In this document: positions 38,071 to 51,028 of the stretch, in pieces
Position numbering within the stretch: the stretch's first letter is position 1
Layout: each line of letters begins with the position of its first letter
Origin: the human T2T-CHM13v2.0 reference genome, Homo sapiens
NCBI RefSeq assembly: GCF_009914755.1
Contig: NC_060932.1
DNA: 64,000 nt
Reading direction: 5' to 3' (one strand)
The notes under the pieces: generated by a model
Told to the model about the DNA's origin: nothing
Database searches by the model: none
The model's input: only the letters and a program-made list of their open reading frames with translations
Translations under genes and position numbers: made by a program

Positions 38071-39344
38071 GTGCAGCTGGGCCTGGCGTCTGCTTCAGCA
38101 AACTCATAAGGCCCCAGACCACAGCCTGAAAGGTCAGGGCCTGGGCCTGGGGGTGGCAGGGGTGTGGACGCCCTGCAGGTAGAAGGCAGGGGAACGCACA
38201 CTGGCTGGGCTCACTAGCTGCCACCTGGGGCCCGGTGGCCATGCTGTGGCTGTGGACGGTGAGAGGGAGGAACCCGAGAGCCGCATGCCTCCCCTCCCCA
38301 CCGCCGGCCGTGGCTCGGGGGCTGGCCCTGGGTCCGCTGTGGGGCAGGCAGGGGCAGGTGCCTTCCTGTTTCTCCCCCACCTGCCCTGCAGTCTGGGCCT
38401 GAACTCACCTCTGTAGCCCCAGAGTTCACCGTGGGCCCCTGTCTCCTGCTTTAGAGGCCACCGTGGGGAGGGCACCGGGAAAGGCCTGGTGTGAGTCATA
38501 GCAGGGGAGTGTGGGGCAAGGGTGGGGGTACAGAGGCACTCTTGGCTGGCAGGGCTGGGCCTTTTCTGAACCTGGCAGGAGTGGACGCAGGCTTTCCACC
38601 AGGTGGGCGGGACCCTGCCAGGTCCCTGAGTAACCTGAATGACTGCTCAGCCTCATCCAAGAGGGGGTCCCTTTCTGGGCTTCTCCCCTCCAGCTGGGAG
38701 GCTTCAGAGGCCAAAGCCCCAGGCCAGAATGAAGTAAGCTGGTTTGTTTTCACCGGGTTTCGTTTTACTGTTTCCTTCTATTTATGGGAAAAATAAATAA
38801 ATAAGAAATAGGAGCCTTTTCATTTGCAGTCAGGATACAGGCACTCAAAGTAGAATCAAACCCTGTTAGGGACAATGTGACATTGTCATGTCTGCAATGA
38901 CAGTGGGGTGCTGGTGAGGGGAAGGGGCTTGCGGGGAGGTCAGAGGGGGCTTTCATTGGAGCTGCTGGAACCCTAGAGTGGACTTGCAGGTGGGCCCCCT
39001 TCTCTGGGTTCCCTCCTGAGCCCACGTCAGGCAGCTCCTGGCTGGAAGCCCCCCAGTGACCCCTGACTGCCATGACACGAGGGGGCTGGTGACTGAGCGG
39101 GGCGGCCTGCCACCCTCCCAGACCCTGTCCAGGCACCAAGGCAGATCCTGCCAGACTCTCGGGGCAGAGGCCCTCTCCCCTGGGAGCCCCCCTAAGGCAG
39201 CCCCGAGAACCAGCTCTCATCTCCCTGCCTCGCGGTTACATCCCCAGGGACTCCTTATTCTCCTCCCACCACCTGTGGCTCAGGCATCACTGTGACTCGG
39301 CTTAGCTGTTACTGTTCTATAGTATTAGGTAATATTATACGTCA

Positions 39345-39455
39345 GTATCACATACGCCACGCAGATGAGAAAAAGACGGTTCAGGCAGGTTAATTACCTT
39401 GCCCTGGGACACACAGCAAGAAAAAGACAACCAAAATACGAACCCAGAGCTCTAC
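39345..39455 (-). mobile_element. MIR fragment
   Basis: cagatgagaaaaagacggttcaggcaggttaattaccttgccctgggacacacagc. Confidence 0.7.
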
Positions 39456-39635
39456 TGCCCCGGCCCCCACTCTCCTTTCACGCCCCCTCCAAGACAAATC
39501 TGTTCTCCGGCTCCCAGAACCTTCAGACTGCACATCTTAGCAGCTTGACACCAATGGCTTTAGAAACTACAAGCTCTCCTGTCTAAAGTGGCAAAGAATC
39601 CAGAAAAACTGTGTTAGTCGGTGGGTCCTTCATCG

Positions 39636-39793
39636 GACTCACCACTCAGTGTGGTCTGAGGACCGGCAGAGCCAGCACCACCTGGGCGGGCATTAGATTG
39701 CAGCATCCCAGGCCCGCCTGCCCTGCTGAGTGAGAAGCTGCCCATTTACAAGACCCTCAGACGCTTCTGAACGCCGAGGTTAGGAGGCAGCTG
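39636..39793. mobile_element. MER5-like hAT-Charlie DNA transposon relic
   Basis: ctcagtgtggtctgaggaccggcag...cacctggg...ttagattgcagcatcccaggccc...catttacaagaccc. Confidence 0.7.
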
Positions 39794-40543
39794 CGCAGGG
39801 CCATGCTGAATCCCCTACTGTCCACAGCCCTGCCCCCAAATCCAGGAATGGTGAAGAGTCGGGCCCTGGCAGGAAAGAGGTTTGAGCATTCAGTGGGGGC
39901 TGCCGGTGTCAGCTGGTGTCACGCCCCACCGCTGGCTGCCTGCCTCTACTCACCTGTAATGCTGGCCTCTGGGAGCCCAGAGCCTCAGGCCAGATGTGCT
40001 CTGCCCGGACCTGGATTCTCTGGAAACCTGGCCCCAAGACCAAGCCAAGCTGTTTATAGATTCTGGGCTCCTGGCCAGATATCATTTCTGGCTTTGATGC
40101 CATTTAATGTTCCTTTAATGTATTATTCATTTCCGTGAATTGCAGTGCTAACTCCTCAAAGCTCCTGAGCACACGTGCCCTCCTCCTCATCCTGCACTCA
40201 GCCCAGGCTGGTCTCCAGCCTCTCCCGCTCCCCAGCATGCCTGACCCCCGCCCACCTGCCACACTTCTCCCCAGCTCCTCTTCCCTGTACTCAGCCAGAA
40301 TGAGCCAGGACTGGACTTGCCAAGGCCTGGACCCCATGCTGATGTTGCTGTGTTGGCCACGGAGAAGCCACTTTGTTTCTCTGGAACAGACCCTAAAACT
40401 CCAAAACCCTAAAAGCTCAAAGCTAGAAAGCACCTTGGGCATCTCCCAGGTCACCAACCACAGCACCTCGTCCAGGAGACCACCCGTGGGACTCCGGAAT
40501 ACCTCCAGGGATAAGGGGCCTACTGCCTGCACAAAACCAGAGC

Positions 40544-40749
40544 CCAGGCACCAATAACCAAGCTCCAATAACCAGGCTCCAGTAATCAGGCTCCAGTAAC
40601 GAGGCTCCAATAACCAGGCTCTAGTAACCAGGCTCCAATAACCAGGCTCTAGTAACCAGGCTCCAATAACCAGGCTCTAGTAACCAGGCTCCAATAACCA
40701 GGCTCCAGTAACCAGGCTCCAACAACCAGGCTCTAGTAACCAGGCTCCC
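40544..40749 (+). repeat. 14-bp minisatellite with a 28-bp dimeric core
   Basis: Alternating taaccaggctccaa / taaccaggctctag units, about 14 copies. Confidence 0.95.
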
Positions 40750-40829
40750 AGCTACATCACTTGTGCTTCTGAGGTTCTCTCCCTCCTCCCCTCACCCTCT
40801 GCCCACAGCAATATTCCAGCATTGGTGCA

Positions 40830-41155
40830 GTGCCAAAATACCAAATAAAATCAGGATGATAGGTAAGGGATAAGAGAATTGTTGATTGGATTTCTTATCC
40901 TTTTTTTTCTTTCTGACACTTCAATTATTTCAGTTATGACTTTTTCATATAACAGTTCATAGATTGCAGGGGAACAACTAACCTTTAAATCTCCCATTTA
41001 GCACATTACAATAATTTCCTTGGAAATCACAGGTGCTCACGCTATATGACCTACTGCAGGCGCTTCATCAGCAAATTAATGTCGACGTTAATTCAAACTT
41101 TGGTGAAAGTGCAAACTTGACAAAGATGAATCCAGCCATTTGCAGTAATGATCAG
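40830..41155. promoter_or_regulatory. AT-rich enhancer-like island containing a 20-bp quasi-palindrome
   Basis: AATTAATGTCGACGTTAATT at 41074-41093; AT-rich non-repetitive context. Confidence 0.45.
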
Positions 41156-41249
41156 GGCAGCAGCACAGGCAGGATAGCAGAAGGGGCATCTCTGGGAGAA
41201 CACCCCGGAAGGCATGGCAGTCCTCTGTATTTTGTCAGAAGTTTCTGTT

Positions 41250-41490
41250 GACAGCAGGTGTTCCAAGATCAGCCTCCCTGGCTTCAAATTCTGACTCCAA
41301 CACTAACAGCCACATGGCCTTGGGCAAGCGACTGCCCCTCTTTGGGACTCAGTCTCCTAATCTGTAAAATGAGTAAATATTAGCATCTATCTCATTGTGG
41401 GGATTAAATGAGTTGATACATAACAAAGTATTTGGCACAGAGCTGCCATTTATTTAAGGTCAATAAATAGCTTCTACCATTGCAATGATT
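41250..41490 (+). mobile_element. MIR SINE, near full length
   Basis: cctggcttcaaattctgactcc...ccttgggcaag...ctcagtctcctaatctgtaaaatgag...ggattaaatgagtt...caataaatagc. Confidence 0.9.
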
Positions 41491-41504
41491 ACCACTGCAT
41501 TTGC

Positions 41505-43830
41505 CATTATACCCACTACCACCACCACTATCATCATCATCATCACCCACATAATCTTCACCATCATCACCATCACCATCATCACCACCACCACCATCAA
41601 CATCAACATCATCACCATCATCACCATCACCACCATCACTATCACATCACCATCATCACCATCACTATCACCATCATCACCATCACATCACCATCAAATC
41701 ACCATCACCATCACTATCACCATCACTATCACTATCACCATCACATCAGCATCATCACCATCACTATCACCATCACCACCACTATCACATCACTATCACT
41801 ATCACATCACCATCATCACCATCACTATCACCATCATCACCATCACATCACCATCAAATCACCATCATCACCATCACTATCACCATCACTGTCACTATCA
41901 CCATCACATCAGCATCATCACCATCACTATCACCATCACCACCACTATCACATCACTATCACTATCACATCACTATCACTATCACCATCACATCAGCATC
42001 ATCACCATCACTATCACCATCATCACCATCACATCACCATCAAATCACCATCATCACCATCACTATCACCATCACTGTCACTATCACCATCACATCAGCA
42101 TCATCACCATCACTATCACCATCACCACCACTATCACATCACTATCACTATCACATCACTATCACTATCACCATCACATCAGCATCATCACCATCACTAT
42201 CACCATCATCACCATCACATCACCATCAAATCACCATCATCACCATCACTATCACCATCATCACCATCACTATCACATCACTATCAATATCATCACCATC
42301 ACATCACTATCACATCACTATCACTATCACCATCACATCAGCATCATCACCATCACTATCACCATCACTATCACCATCATCACCATCACATCACCATCAA
42401 ATCACCATCATCACCATCACATCACCATCAAATCACCATCACCATCACTATCACCATCACATCACCATCATCACCATCACTATCACCATCACCATCACAT
42501 CACCATCACTATCACCATCATCACCATCACTAGCACCATCATCACCATCACTATCACCATCACTATCACCATCACCATCACATCACCATCACTATCACCA
42601 TCATCACCATCACTAGCACCATCATCACCACCATCATAACCATCACATCACTATCACTATCACCATCATCACCATCACTATCACCATCACATCACCATCA
42701 TCACCATCACTAGCACCATCATCACCATCACTATCACCATTACTATCACCATCATCACCATCACATCACCATCACTATCACCATCATCACCATCACTATC
42801 ACCATCATCACCATCACTATCACCATCACTATCACCATCATCACCATCACATCACCATCACTATCACCATCATCACCATCACATCACTATCACTATCACC
42901 ATCATCACCATCACTATCACCATCATCACCACCATCATAACCATCACGTCACTATCACTATCACCATCATCACCATCACTATCACCATCACATCACCATC
43001 ATCACCATCACTAGCACCATCATCACCATCACTATCACCATTACTATCACCATCATCACCATCACATCACCATCACTATCACCATCATCACCATTACTAT
43101 CACCATCATCACCATCACTATCACCATCATCACCATCATTATCACCATCACTATCATCAGCATCACCATCACTATCACCATCATCACCATCACTATCACC
43201 ATCACTATCACCATCATCACCATCACTATCACCATCATCACCATCACTATCACCATCATCACCATCATTATCACCATCACAATCATCAGCATCACCATCA
43301 CTATCACCATCATCACCATCATTATCACCATCACGTCACCATCATCACCATCACATCACCATCATCACCATCACTATCACCAGCACGTCACCATCATCAC
43401 CATCACATCACCATCACTATCACCATCATCACCATCACTATCACCATCATCACCATCACAATCACCATCATCACCATCATCACCATCACTATCACCATCA
43501 TCACCATCACTATCACCAGCACATCACCATCATCACCATCACTATCACCAGCACATCACCATCATCACCATCACATCACCATCATCACCATCACTATCAC
43601 CATCATCACCACCCTCACCACCAGCATCACTATCAACACCACCATTCCCACCAGCACTATCATCACTATTATCATCACCATTAATGTCATCACCACCACC
43701 ATAACATCACCATCAATACTACCTCATCACCATCATTACCATCACCATCACTATCATCATCTTCATCCATTATTACCACCACTATCGTTACCATCAACAC
43801 CTCCACTATCACCAGCACCATGATCATGAC
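41505..43830. repeat. (CAT/CAC/TAT)n complex trinucleotide-type repeat, about 2.3 kb
   Basis: Directly visible; the + strand is almost devoid of G; 186-bp higher-order unit. Confidence 0.98.
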
Positions 43831-43849
43831 CCCCACAGGTGTTCCCAGA

Positions 43850-44120
43850 GCCTCCATCTCATTGCAACTTTCCAGCCCACCAGATCCTAATGTGCCTGGA
43901 CTCAGGACTCAGCTTAAATGTCTCCTCCTCCGAGAGGCTTCCCCTGACCTCCAATGACACCAGCCAGCCTCTAACCCTTCCAGCATATTCACAGGACGCT
44001 GATGGCCTATGCATTGCCCATCTTCTTTCTTTTCTCTCCCAGTTGAGGGAGAATCCTCAAGATCTAGAACACTGTGCCACATATAGAAAATTCTCAATAA
44101 ACCTTAATGAATGATTGAAA
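43850..44120 (+). mobile_element. L2 3' end
   Basis: ctcagcttaaatgtctcctcctccgagaggcttcccctgacc...ctagaacactgtgccacatatag...ctcaataaac...aatgaatga. Confidence 0.85.
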
Positions 44121-44813
44121 GATCAAAGGAAGATACAAACAAGAAATCCCATTGCCACTACCAGGCTGAAGTTCTGTTCTTTCCTACCTGAATGGGGGAC
44201 TGGCCATGCCCCCAGCAGGAGCATGGGGGCCCCAGACACAGGCACCTCCAGCTGCCCATGCAGGCCCTCCCTGCTTTGCCCTGGCTGCAAAGCAGTCCGC
44301 AGAGCTGTTGTCAACATTAGCCCACGTTAGAGATGAGGAGAGTGGGGCTACTGAGGGGGCTGGGGCTCAGGTCCCATCAGGGCCAGGCCCCTGCTCCTGT
44401 CCGCCCAACCCAGACCTTCCCTGGCCTCTCTGAACGTTCCCCTGGGCTCTCAGGAGCCCAGCCCCTCCTCCATGGCCTCTGCCGAAAGGAAGGGCTCCTC
44501 TGTGGCCCCACCTCCTCCCCAGGCCAGCCCTACTTAGGCTGTTCCCAGGAGGGGCGGGAAGGGGTGAGAGTGTGATTCTGCCCACCTGGGTTAGGCATTG
44601 GTCCACCTCCTGCCACCTGGCTCCCTACCCACCTCCTGCGCCTCCAGCCCTGCGACCTTCCACCTGTGTAGGCTCTGGGAGGAAGAGCTGCACCGTGGGT
44701 TGTCACCCAGCATAGGGTCTGCACCCAGTAGGTACACACAATTGAAGCTCAGAGGGGCTCTCTGAATCCCCCTCAGGGCAGGCGAGGTGAAGGATGGACA
44801 TCAGGTGGAACCC

Positions 44814-44868
44814 CAGGGCGAGGGCTGCACGGAGGCACAGCCAGGGCGAGGGCTGCACGGAGGCACAG
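44814..44868 (+). repeat. 28-bp tandem duplication
   Basis: cagggcgagggctgcacggaggcacag twice. Confidence 0.9.
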
Positions 44869-46219
44869 GTGGAGGCACAGATCGTGGTCTGCTTCTGTTC
44901 TTGCACTTGCCCTGGGCCAGGGTGTGGCCGGGCTGTCAGGGAGTGGGCCAGGGTGCCAATACCCAGGATCCTGGCAGAGGGAGGGAACCCGACCAGGAGA
45001 AGTATCAGGAAGACCTGGGAGAGACCCACAGGAGGGGAGCCCACTCCAGCCAGGCCTACAGAGTTCAAGAGCCCACCTGGGCTCCCCACTGACAAGGGAC
45101 TCAGCCCTAGCAGCGTTCACCTCCCATCGGGCCATGGGGAGCCCATTGCCACGACATTCCCCAGAGGCAAGAGTGGGAAGTCTCCACTGGGGACACAGGG
45201 CAAGGGGCTTCTGGGGCTCCCTGCACCCTGAGATTATGACCATCTGTTTCTCTGACAGTTGCCAACTGGGCTGTAAGGGGCAAGAGCCCCCCAAACTTTA
45301 AGGTGCCCTTGGATCCTGTACACCCCATCGCAGACAGTGCAGGCTGGGATGCGGTGGGTCTGGGCAGGCCCAGGTTCCCAGGGGTGCCGCTGCTGCTGGG
45401 CCCTGGACTGCACAGGGTGGCACAGCCTGCTCCTCTGGGGGCCAGGGCACCTGGGCCCTAGCACACTGCGGCACTCGGCAGAGCAAACTGCATAGGATTA
45501 GGATTCAGCTTAGGGGCCACCTGGGGAACAGAGCTGGGCTCCCCTTAAGGACTGCTTGTCTGAAGGGGCTCCTGGGACTCTGCAGAAGTCCCAGGGCATC
45601 CCCACGAGGGCATCATCCTCATGGGCCAGGATTAGCAGCACAGGCTGCCTGACTGGGCAGTTCTGAGAGTCCCATCATGAGGAGGTTTTAACAACATCCT
45701 GCCGTGATTTGCGGGGAATGGAACGTGGATAGGAGGTTGGGCTGGCACCCGTGCACACGCCCTCCCACACCTGGGCTCCTACCACAACTGGCTATGGAGG
45801 CCAGGTGAGCCTGCCTAAGTCCCAGAGTGTTGGGGCCTCCTCACAGCCCTGCCTGACTGACCTCCCAGCTGTGCTTTCCACCAAGGCCACTGCCTCTCCC
45901 CACGGTGGCTGCAGGTTCGAGCTCTGCTGGGAGGTGAGGGCAGCTTGTTCACCAGAGCCTCCTCAGGGGCCTGCAGGAGGAAGAGCTCTTAGCAGGTAAA
46001 TAATGTAATTTATGGGAAACAATACGAAGCTTGTGATGGAGACCCCGGGAACCAGAAGTATCCAGGCTTAGTGCCCAGAAAGGCAGCCAGACCCTCAGGG
46101 CAGCTGCGTCCGGCTTCTCCAAGGAAGCATCTCCAAACAGGTGGTGAGGCCTGGAGCTCAGCTACAAGCCCAGGACAGGGCCTTGCTGGGTGGGAACAAG
46201 GTAGCCAGGAGCATCCCGT

Positions 46220-46742
46220 AGCACACACCTGCACATGGCACATGCCTGCATGGCACACTCCTATATGGACTTGTCTGCACACAGCACACACCGGCACAAC
46301 ACATGCCTGTACATGGCACACACCTATGTGTGACACTCACCTGCACAGCACACGCCTACAGGGCACACGCCTATAAGGCACATGCCTGCACATGGCACAC
46401 ACCTGTACATGGCACACTCCTATATGGCACACGCCTGCACATGGGACACACCTGCACAGCACGTGCCTGCACAGCACATGCCTATATGGCACACACCTGC
46501 ACAGCACACGCCTATATGCCACACGCCTGCACATGGCACACACCTGTACATGGCACACTCCTATATGCCACACGCCTGCACATGGGACACACCTGCACAG
46601 CACGTGCCTATATGGCACATACCTGCACATGGCACACACCTGTACATGGCACACACCTGTACATGGCACACGCCTGCACAGCACATGCCTATATGGCACA
46701 CGTCTGCAGGGCACATGCCTATATGACACACGCCTGCACATG
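46220..46742. repeat. CA-rich complex minisatellite (16-18-bp units)
   Basis: Mixed catggcacacacctgca / cagcacacgcctata units. Confidence 0.95.
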
Positions 46743-46759
46743 GATTCCCACAGTCACCT

Positions 46760-46885
46760 GCTCATTCATTCACCAAAGTCATCCTGCAGTGGATTAATTC
46801 AGTGAAACAATCATTTCCTCAATCATTCATTCAACAACTATTTGATGCCTATTTACTATTGGGAAACATGGTAGGACAGACCGCT
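46760..46885 (-). mobile_element. L2 3' end (antisense)
   Basis: cattcattcaacaactatttgatgcctatt. Confidence 0.65.
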
Positions 46886-47704
46886 CTTAGCCAGGGGGCA
46901 GCAAAGGACCCAGGAATGCTCAGACCCCGGGCCTCCCCCATGAAGGCCCATAAGGGAGACACACGCCTTGAGAGCGAATGTCCATGCATCCTCGGCTGGG
47001 CTTAAGCCTGGGCCTCCAGTTCAGGTTGTGCAGCTGCTCACTGGGTCCCAGCTGGAGATCTAGAGGCCGTCCCTAAGTCCCAACCAAAAATATGGAGTCT
47101 TGACAAACCCCACCTGCCTCAAGAGAGGTCAGGCACCCGACAGACTCCGAGAAGAGCAGTCCCTCCCCAGGCAGTGACTCTACCCACTAGCAAATGAGGC
47201 TCCTCGTGGTCCTGGAACCAGAACAAGTCAAGCTCGAATTCCTCTTTGGATTGGAGGCTGCGGGAGGGGTGAGATGGGGACACCTAAGAGCTTGCCCCTC
47301 CACCAGAGACCTGCAGTGACCTTGAGTTCTAAGCCCCTGTGAGAAGCCGCAGCACCCACCTGCAGGATCCGGCCCTTCCGTTTGAAAGGGATGCTCCAAG
47401 TTCTTGTGAAGTTCAGCTGTGCGAGAGCAGAGGAAGGAAAAGATTTGTCAGGAGCCATGAGCAGGGAGTGGCTATCTCAGATGAGGGCGTTAGGGCCAGC
47501 TGCCTGGAATGAGAGTGCTTCAGCTGGGCTTTAAGGATGACCAGGGTTTGTGCAGATTTGTGTGAGCTGAAACCTGCTCCAGGAAGAGGGCCTGCTGCAT
47601 GTGGAAGACCGGGCCGGGAGGCACCAGGCAGACCAGCCGCTGGAGACTCACAGGCTCCGCAGGGAGGCAATGCCAGCAGGAGCTAGATTGTCAAGTCCTG
47701 CGTT

Positions 47705-47850
47705 GGGGGTGGCAGAATGGCTGGTTGTCCCCTTGATTTCCGTTCTCTCCTCTTTCTATAGAAACACAGTTTCCTCTGAGCAATGTCTGTCCAGCCAAAG
47801 ACCACATTTCCCAGCCTCCTTTACAGCCACATGTGACCGTGGGGGCTGTC
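47705..47850 (+). mobile_element. MLT1I/J-like LTR fragment
   Basis: ccagccaaagaccacatttcccagcctcctttacagc...atgtgac. Confidence 0.6.
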
Positions 47851-48079
47851 CAGGCAGGGTAAAGACAGCCTTGTCTTAGACACGGCTCCTGGGTGCAAGG
47901 GATGGAAACTCCAACCAACCTATGCGAGGCCCAAAGGGGAACTGACGGGCTCATCAGGCAGCTTCAGGCACCGGCTGGGCCCTGCAGGCCCCGCTGCTGT
48001 CTCTCTCTATCCTGTCTCCTCACCTGAGGCCGCTGAGTGCCGACTTCCTGCTCCTGATGGGGCCTGTCCACAAGGTGGG

Positions 48080-48372
48080 TACACACACACATTCACACAC
48101 GTGCAGGTGCCCCACACGTACACACATGCACACGCAAACACCTGTATGGCCCCATGCTCCCCCACACATATGTGCACATGCATGCACACCCACACACTCA
48201 TTCATGCACACACACGTATGTATATGCGCACTCACACATGTGCACAAAGGCATGACAAACATGCACACACACATCAATGAACCTAGGCAGACATATACAG
48301 GCCCACATATGTGTACACCTGTGCACACGGGCAGTTCGTGCATGCATAGATACGTGTGCACACACATGCATT
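48080..48372. repeat. CA-rich low-complexity tract
   Basis: Directly visible. Confidence 0.9.
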
Positions 48373-48624
48373 ATCAGGGGGAACAGCAATGAGTTCAAAG
48401 CACAGGCTCCGAGGCCATGCAGACCCCATGCACGCAATTCCTGAGCTGCGGCCAGTCGCCGGACCTCCACCCTCACACCTAGAGAATGGTGACTACGGCA
48501 TCCACCTCCTGGGGTTCCAATAACAGTCGAAGAAACAATGCATGGAAACCACTCCCAAAACCTGGTGCCTAAATGGCTAACAAGGCCACTCTGCTCTCTC
48601 CCCATGCGCTGTGCTCTGCTCTTC

Positions 48625-49265
48625 CCGGCTCCGGCTCTCTCTGTCTCTGTCATTCTGTCTCTGTCTCTCCCTGTCTCTGTCTCTCCCTGTCTCTGTATCT
48701 CCCTGGCTCTGGCTCTCTGTGGCTCTCCCTGTCTCTGTCTCTCCCTAACTCTGTCTCTGTCTGTCTCTGGCTCTCCCTGTCTCTGTCTTTCTCTGTCTCT
48801 GGCTCTCTCTGTCTCTGTTTCTCCCTGTCTCTGTCTCTCTCTGTTCTCTCTGTCTCTGGCTCTCCCTGTCTCTGGCTCTCTCTGTCTCTGGCTCTCCCTA
48901 TCTCTGTCTCTGGCTCTCCCTGTATCTGTCTCTCTCTGGTTATGTCTCTCCCTCTCTCTGGCTCTCTCTGGCTCTGTCTCTTTCTGGCTCTGTCTCTCCC
49001 TGTCTCTGGCTCTCCCTGTCTCTGTCTCTCTCTGGCTCTGGCTCTGTCTGTCTCTGTCTCTGGCTCTCCCTGTATCTGTCTCTGGCTCTCCCTGTATCTG
49101 TCTCTCTCTGGCTCTGTCTCTCTCTGTCTCTGGCTCTGTCTGTCTCTGACTCTCCCTAGCTGTCTCTCTCTCTATATCTCTCCCTGTCTCTGTCTCTCTC
49201 TGGCTCTGTCTCTCCCTCTCTCTGGCTCTCCCTGCCACTGTCTCTCCCTGTCTCTGTCTCTCTCA
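48625..49265. repeat. CT-rich (TCTCTG/TCTCTGGC)n repeat
   Basis: Directly visible pyrimidine-rich tract. Confidence 0.95.
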
Positions 49266-49889
49266 TCCCTGGGCTGTCCAGGGCCCTGTGATGACAGCCA
49301 TTGGGACAAACACTCAGTCTCATTCATCTCAGGTCTTTGTTGGTCCAGGCTCCCGCTTTCTTCCCTTTTGCATCTTTCAGGAGAGTCACACCTGTCACAA
49401 GACGCCCAACAAATCCTCGATGATTAAGTGGAAGATCAGCTAGGGATGGGATTGAAAGAGAGTGTCTTTCTTGAGCAGCTACTGAGTATCCAGGCCTGTG
49501 ATGGACTCTGTCATGTAGAGACAGGGAAGGGGGGCCCTGGAGGGCCTGGGTGTGTCCTGGAAAGGGCAGTGCACAGCGCTGGCCAGTCGGGGGTGATCCA
49601 CACATGGGATGATCCGGTGAGGTCTGTGGCTTGGCTGCGCTCAGCACATGTGTTAAACGTGAGCTCTGGACCCGGGTCTGCACCGGAGGTGGTGAATGTA
49701 GGGATGAGTAGGTCACAGCCCCTCACTTCAGGATGAAGCTTGGTGGGAGAGAAAGAAGGCCAAAGAGTGATAATAGCAGCCAGGTGCAAGGTAACAAGGG
49801 GCAGAGGCGGGGAGCCCAGTCCTCTAACCAGGTTCCTGAATGAGGTGGCCTGGCAACAGGGTTTTGAAGGGTAAGTAGGAGTCCTTGAA

Positions 49890-50030
49890 AAGAGTGTCTT
49901 GTGGGATAAAGCCTCTGTGTACACAGACAGGCTGATGATTCACTTCTCACAGAGGCTGAGTCGTCGCCCAAGCTTACACCACTCTTAAATGGCAGAGCCA
50001 GGACTCAAACCCAGGTCTTTCCAGTTGAAA
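49890..50030 (-). mobile_element. MIR fragment
   Basis: gcccaagcttacacc...aaatggcagagccaggactcaaacccaggtct. Confidence 0.75.
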
Positions 50031-50469
50031 CATCCATACTCTGAACATGCCACTAGCTAGGACATCCCTTTGTAACTTCCACAAACCTGTCCTTGTATAA
50101 GGGATCCCAGTGATCCCCTCCCCCGCACTCTAGAGCCACTTTCCTTGGGTGAAGGGGGCTGCAGTCTGTGGGGAACCTCCAGGTTTAACGTGAGGGGCTG
50201 TGGCCACTGCTGTCTCTTCCCACCAGCCCCCTTTCCTGGGTGGACCTAGCTCCCAACCTGGGTCCCAACAGTCCTCTGCTCTCCAGCTCCCAGGTCAGGA
50301 GAGAACCCTTCCTCACACCTGGCTCGTGCTGGGCCCTGTCCCTGAGCGGGGTCTACAGGGGACACACTCGGGGGCAAACCACCAGGGGTCCCCATGAAGG
50401 CAGCCTCAGCACTGGCACCATCTGTTTCACAGTGAGGACTCAGCCCAGGGATGGAACTACAGCCAAAGC

Positions 50470-51028
50470 CATGAAAGGAAGATGAAGAGCAGGAAGGAGG
50501 GAAGGAGGAGGGAGAGGGAGGGAGGAGCAGGAGGGAGGGAAGGAAGAGGGAGAGAGAAGAGTGAGAGGGAGGGAGGAGCAGGGAGGGGGAGGAGCAGGGA
50601 GGAGGGAGGAGCATAGAACAGGGAGGAGCAGAAGGGAGGGAGGAGCAGGGAGGAGAAACGAGCAGGAGGGAGGGGAGAGCAGGGATGAAGAGGGAGTGGG
50701 AGGGAGGAGCAGGGACGGGGAGGAGCAGGGAGGGGGAGGAGCAGGGAGGAGGGAGGAGCAGAAAGGAGGGAGGAGCATAGAACAGGGAGGAGCAGGAGGA
50801 AGGGAGGAGTAGGTAGGAGAAACGAGCAGGAGCGAGGGGAGGGCAGGGATGAAGGAGAGTGGGAGGGAGGAGCAGGGAGGGGGGAGGAGCAGAAGGGAGG
50901 AGAGAGCAGGGAGGAAAAAGGAGCAGGAGGGAGGGGAGAGCAGGGAGGAGGAAGGAACAGGAGAGAGGAGAGAGCAGGGAGAAGGGAGGAGCGGGAGGGA
51001 GGAGAGAGCAGGGAGGGAGGAGTGGGGG
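50470..51028. repeat. GA-rich (GGGAGGAGCA)n repeat
   Basis: Directly visible purine-rich tract. Confidence 0.95.

Noticed and set aside
40551-40700. Repeated CCAAT boxes
   Set aside because: The flanks do not fit the NF-Y consensus; a by-product of the 14-bp repeat.
41033-41102. Possible coding exon (cag|GTGCTC...TTTG|gtgaaa; VLTLYDLLQALHQQINVDVNSNF)
   Set aside because: Weak polypyrimidine tract and donor, and an unrecognised peptide; a non-coding element is the simpler reading, though RNA-seq or PhyloCSF would decide.
41485-42639. 384-aa His/Ile/Thr-rich ORF
   Set aside because: Produced by the CAT/CAC repeat; no splice, promoter or homology support.
48198-49427. RE-rich and LS-rich ORFs (346, 284, 203 aa)
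   Set aside because: Translations of the CT/GA simple repeat.
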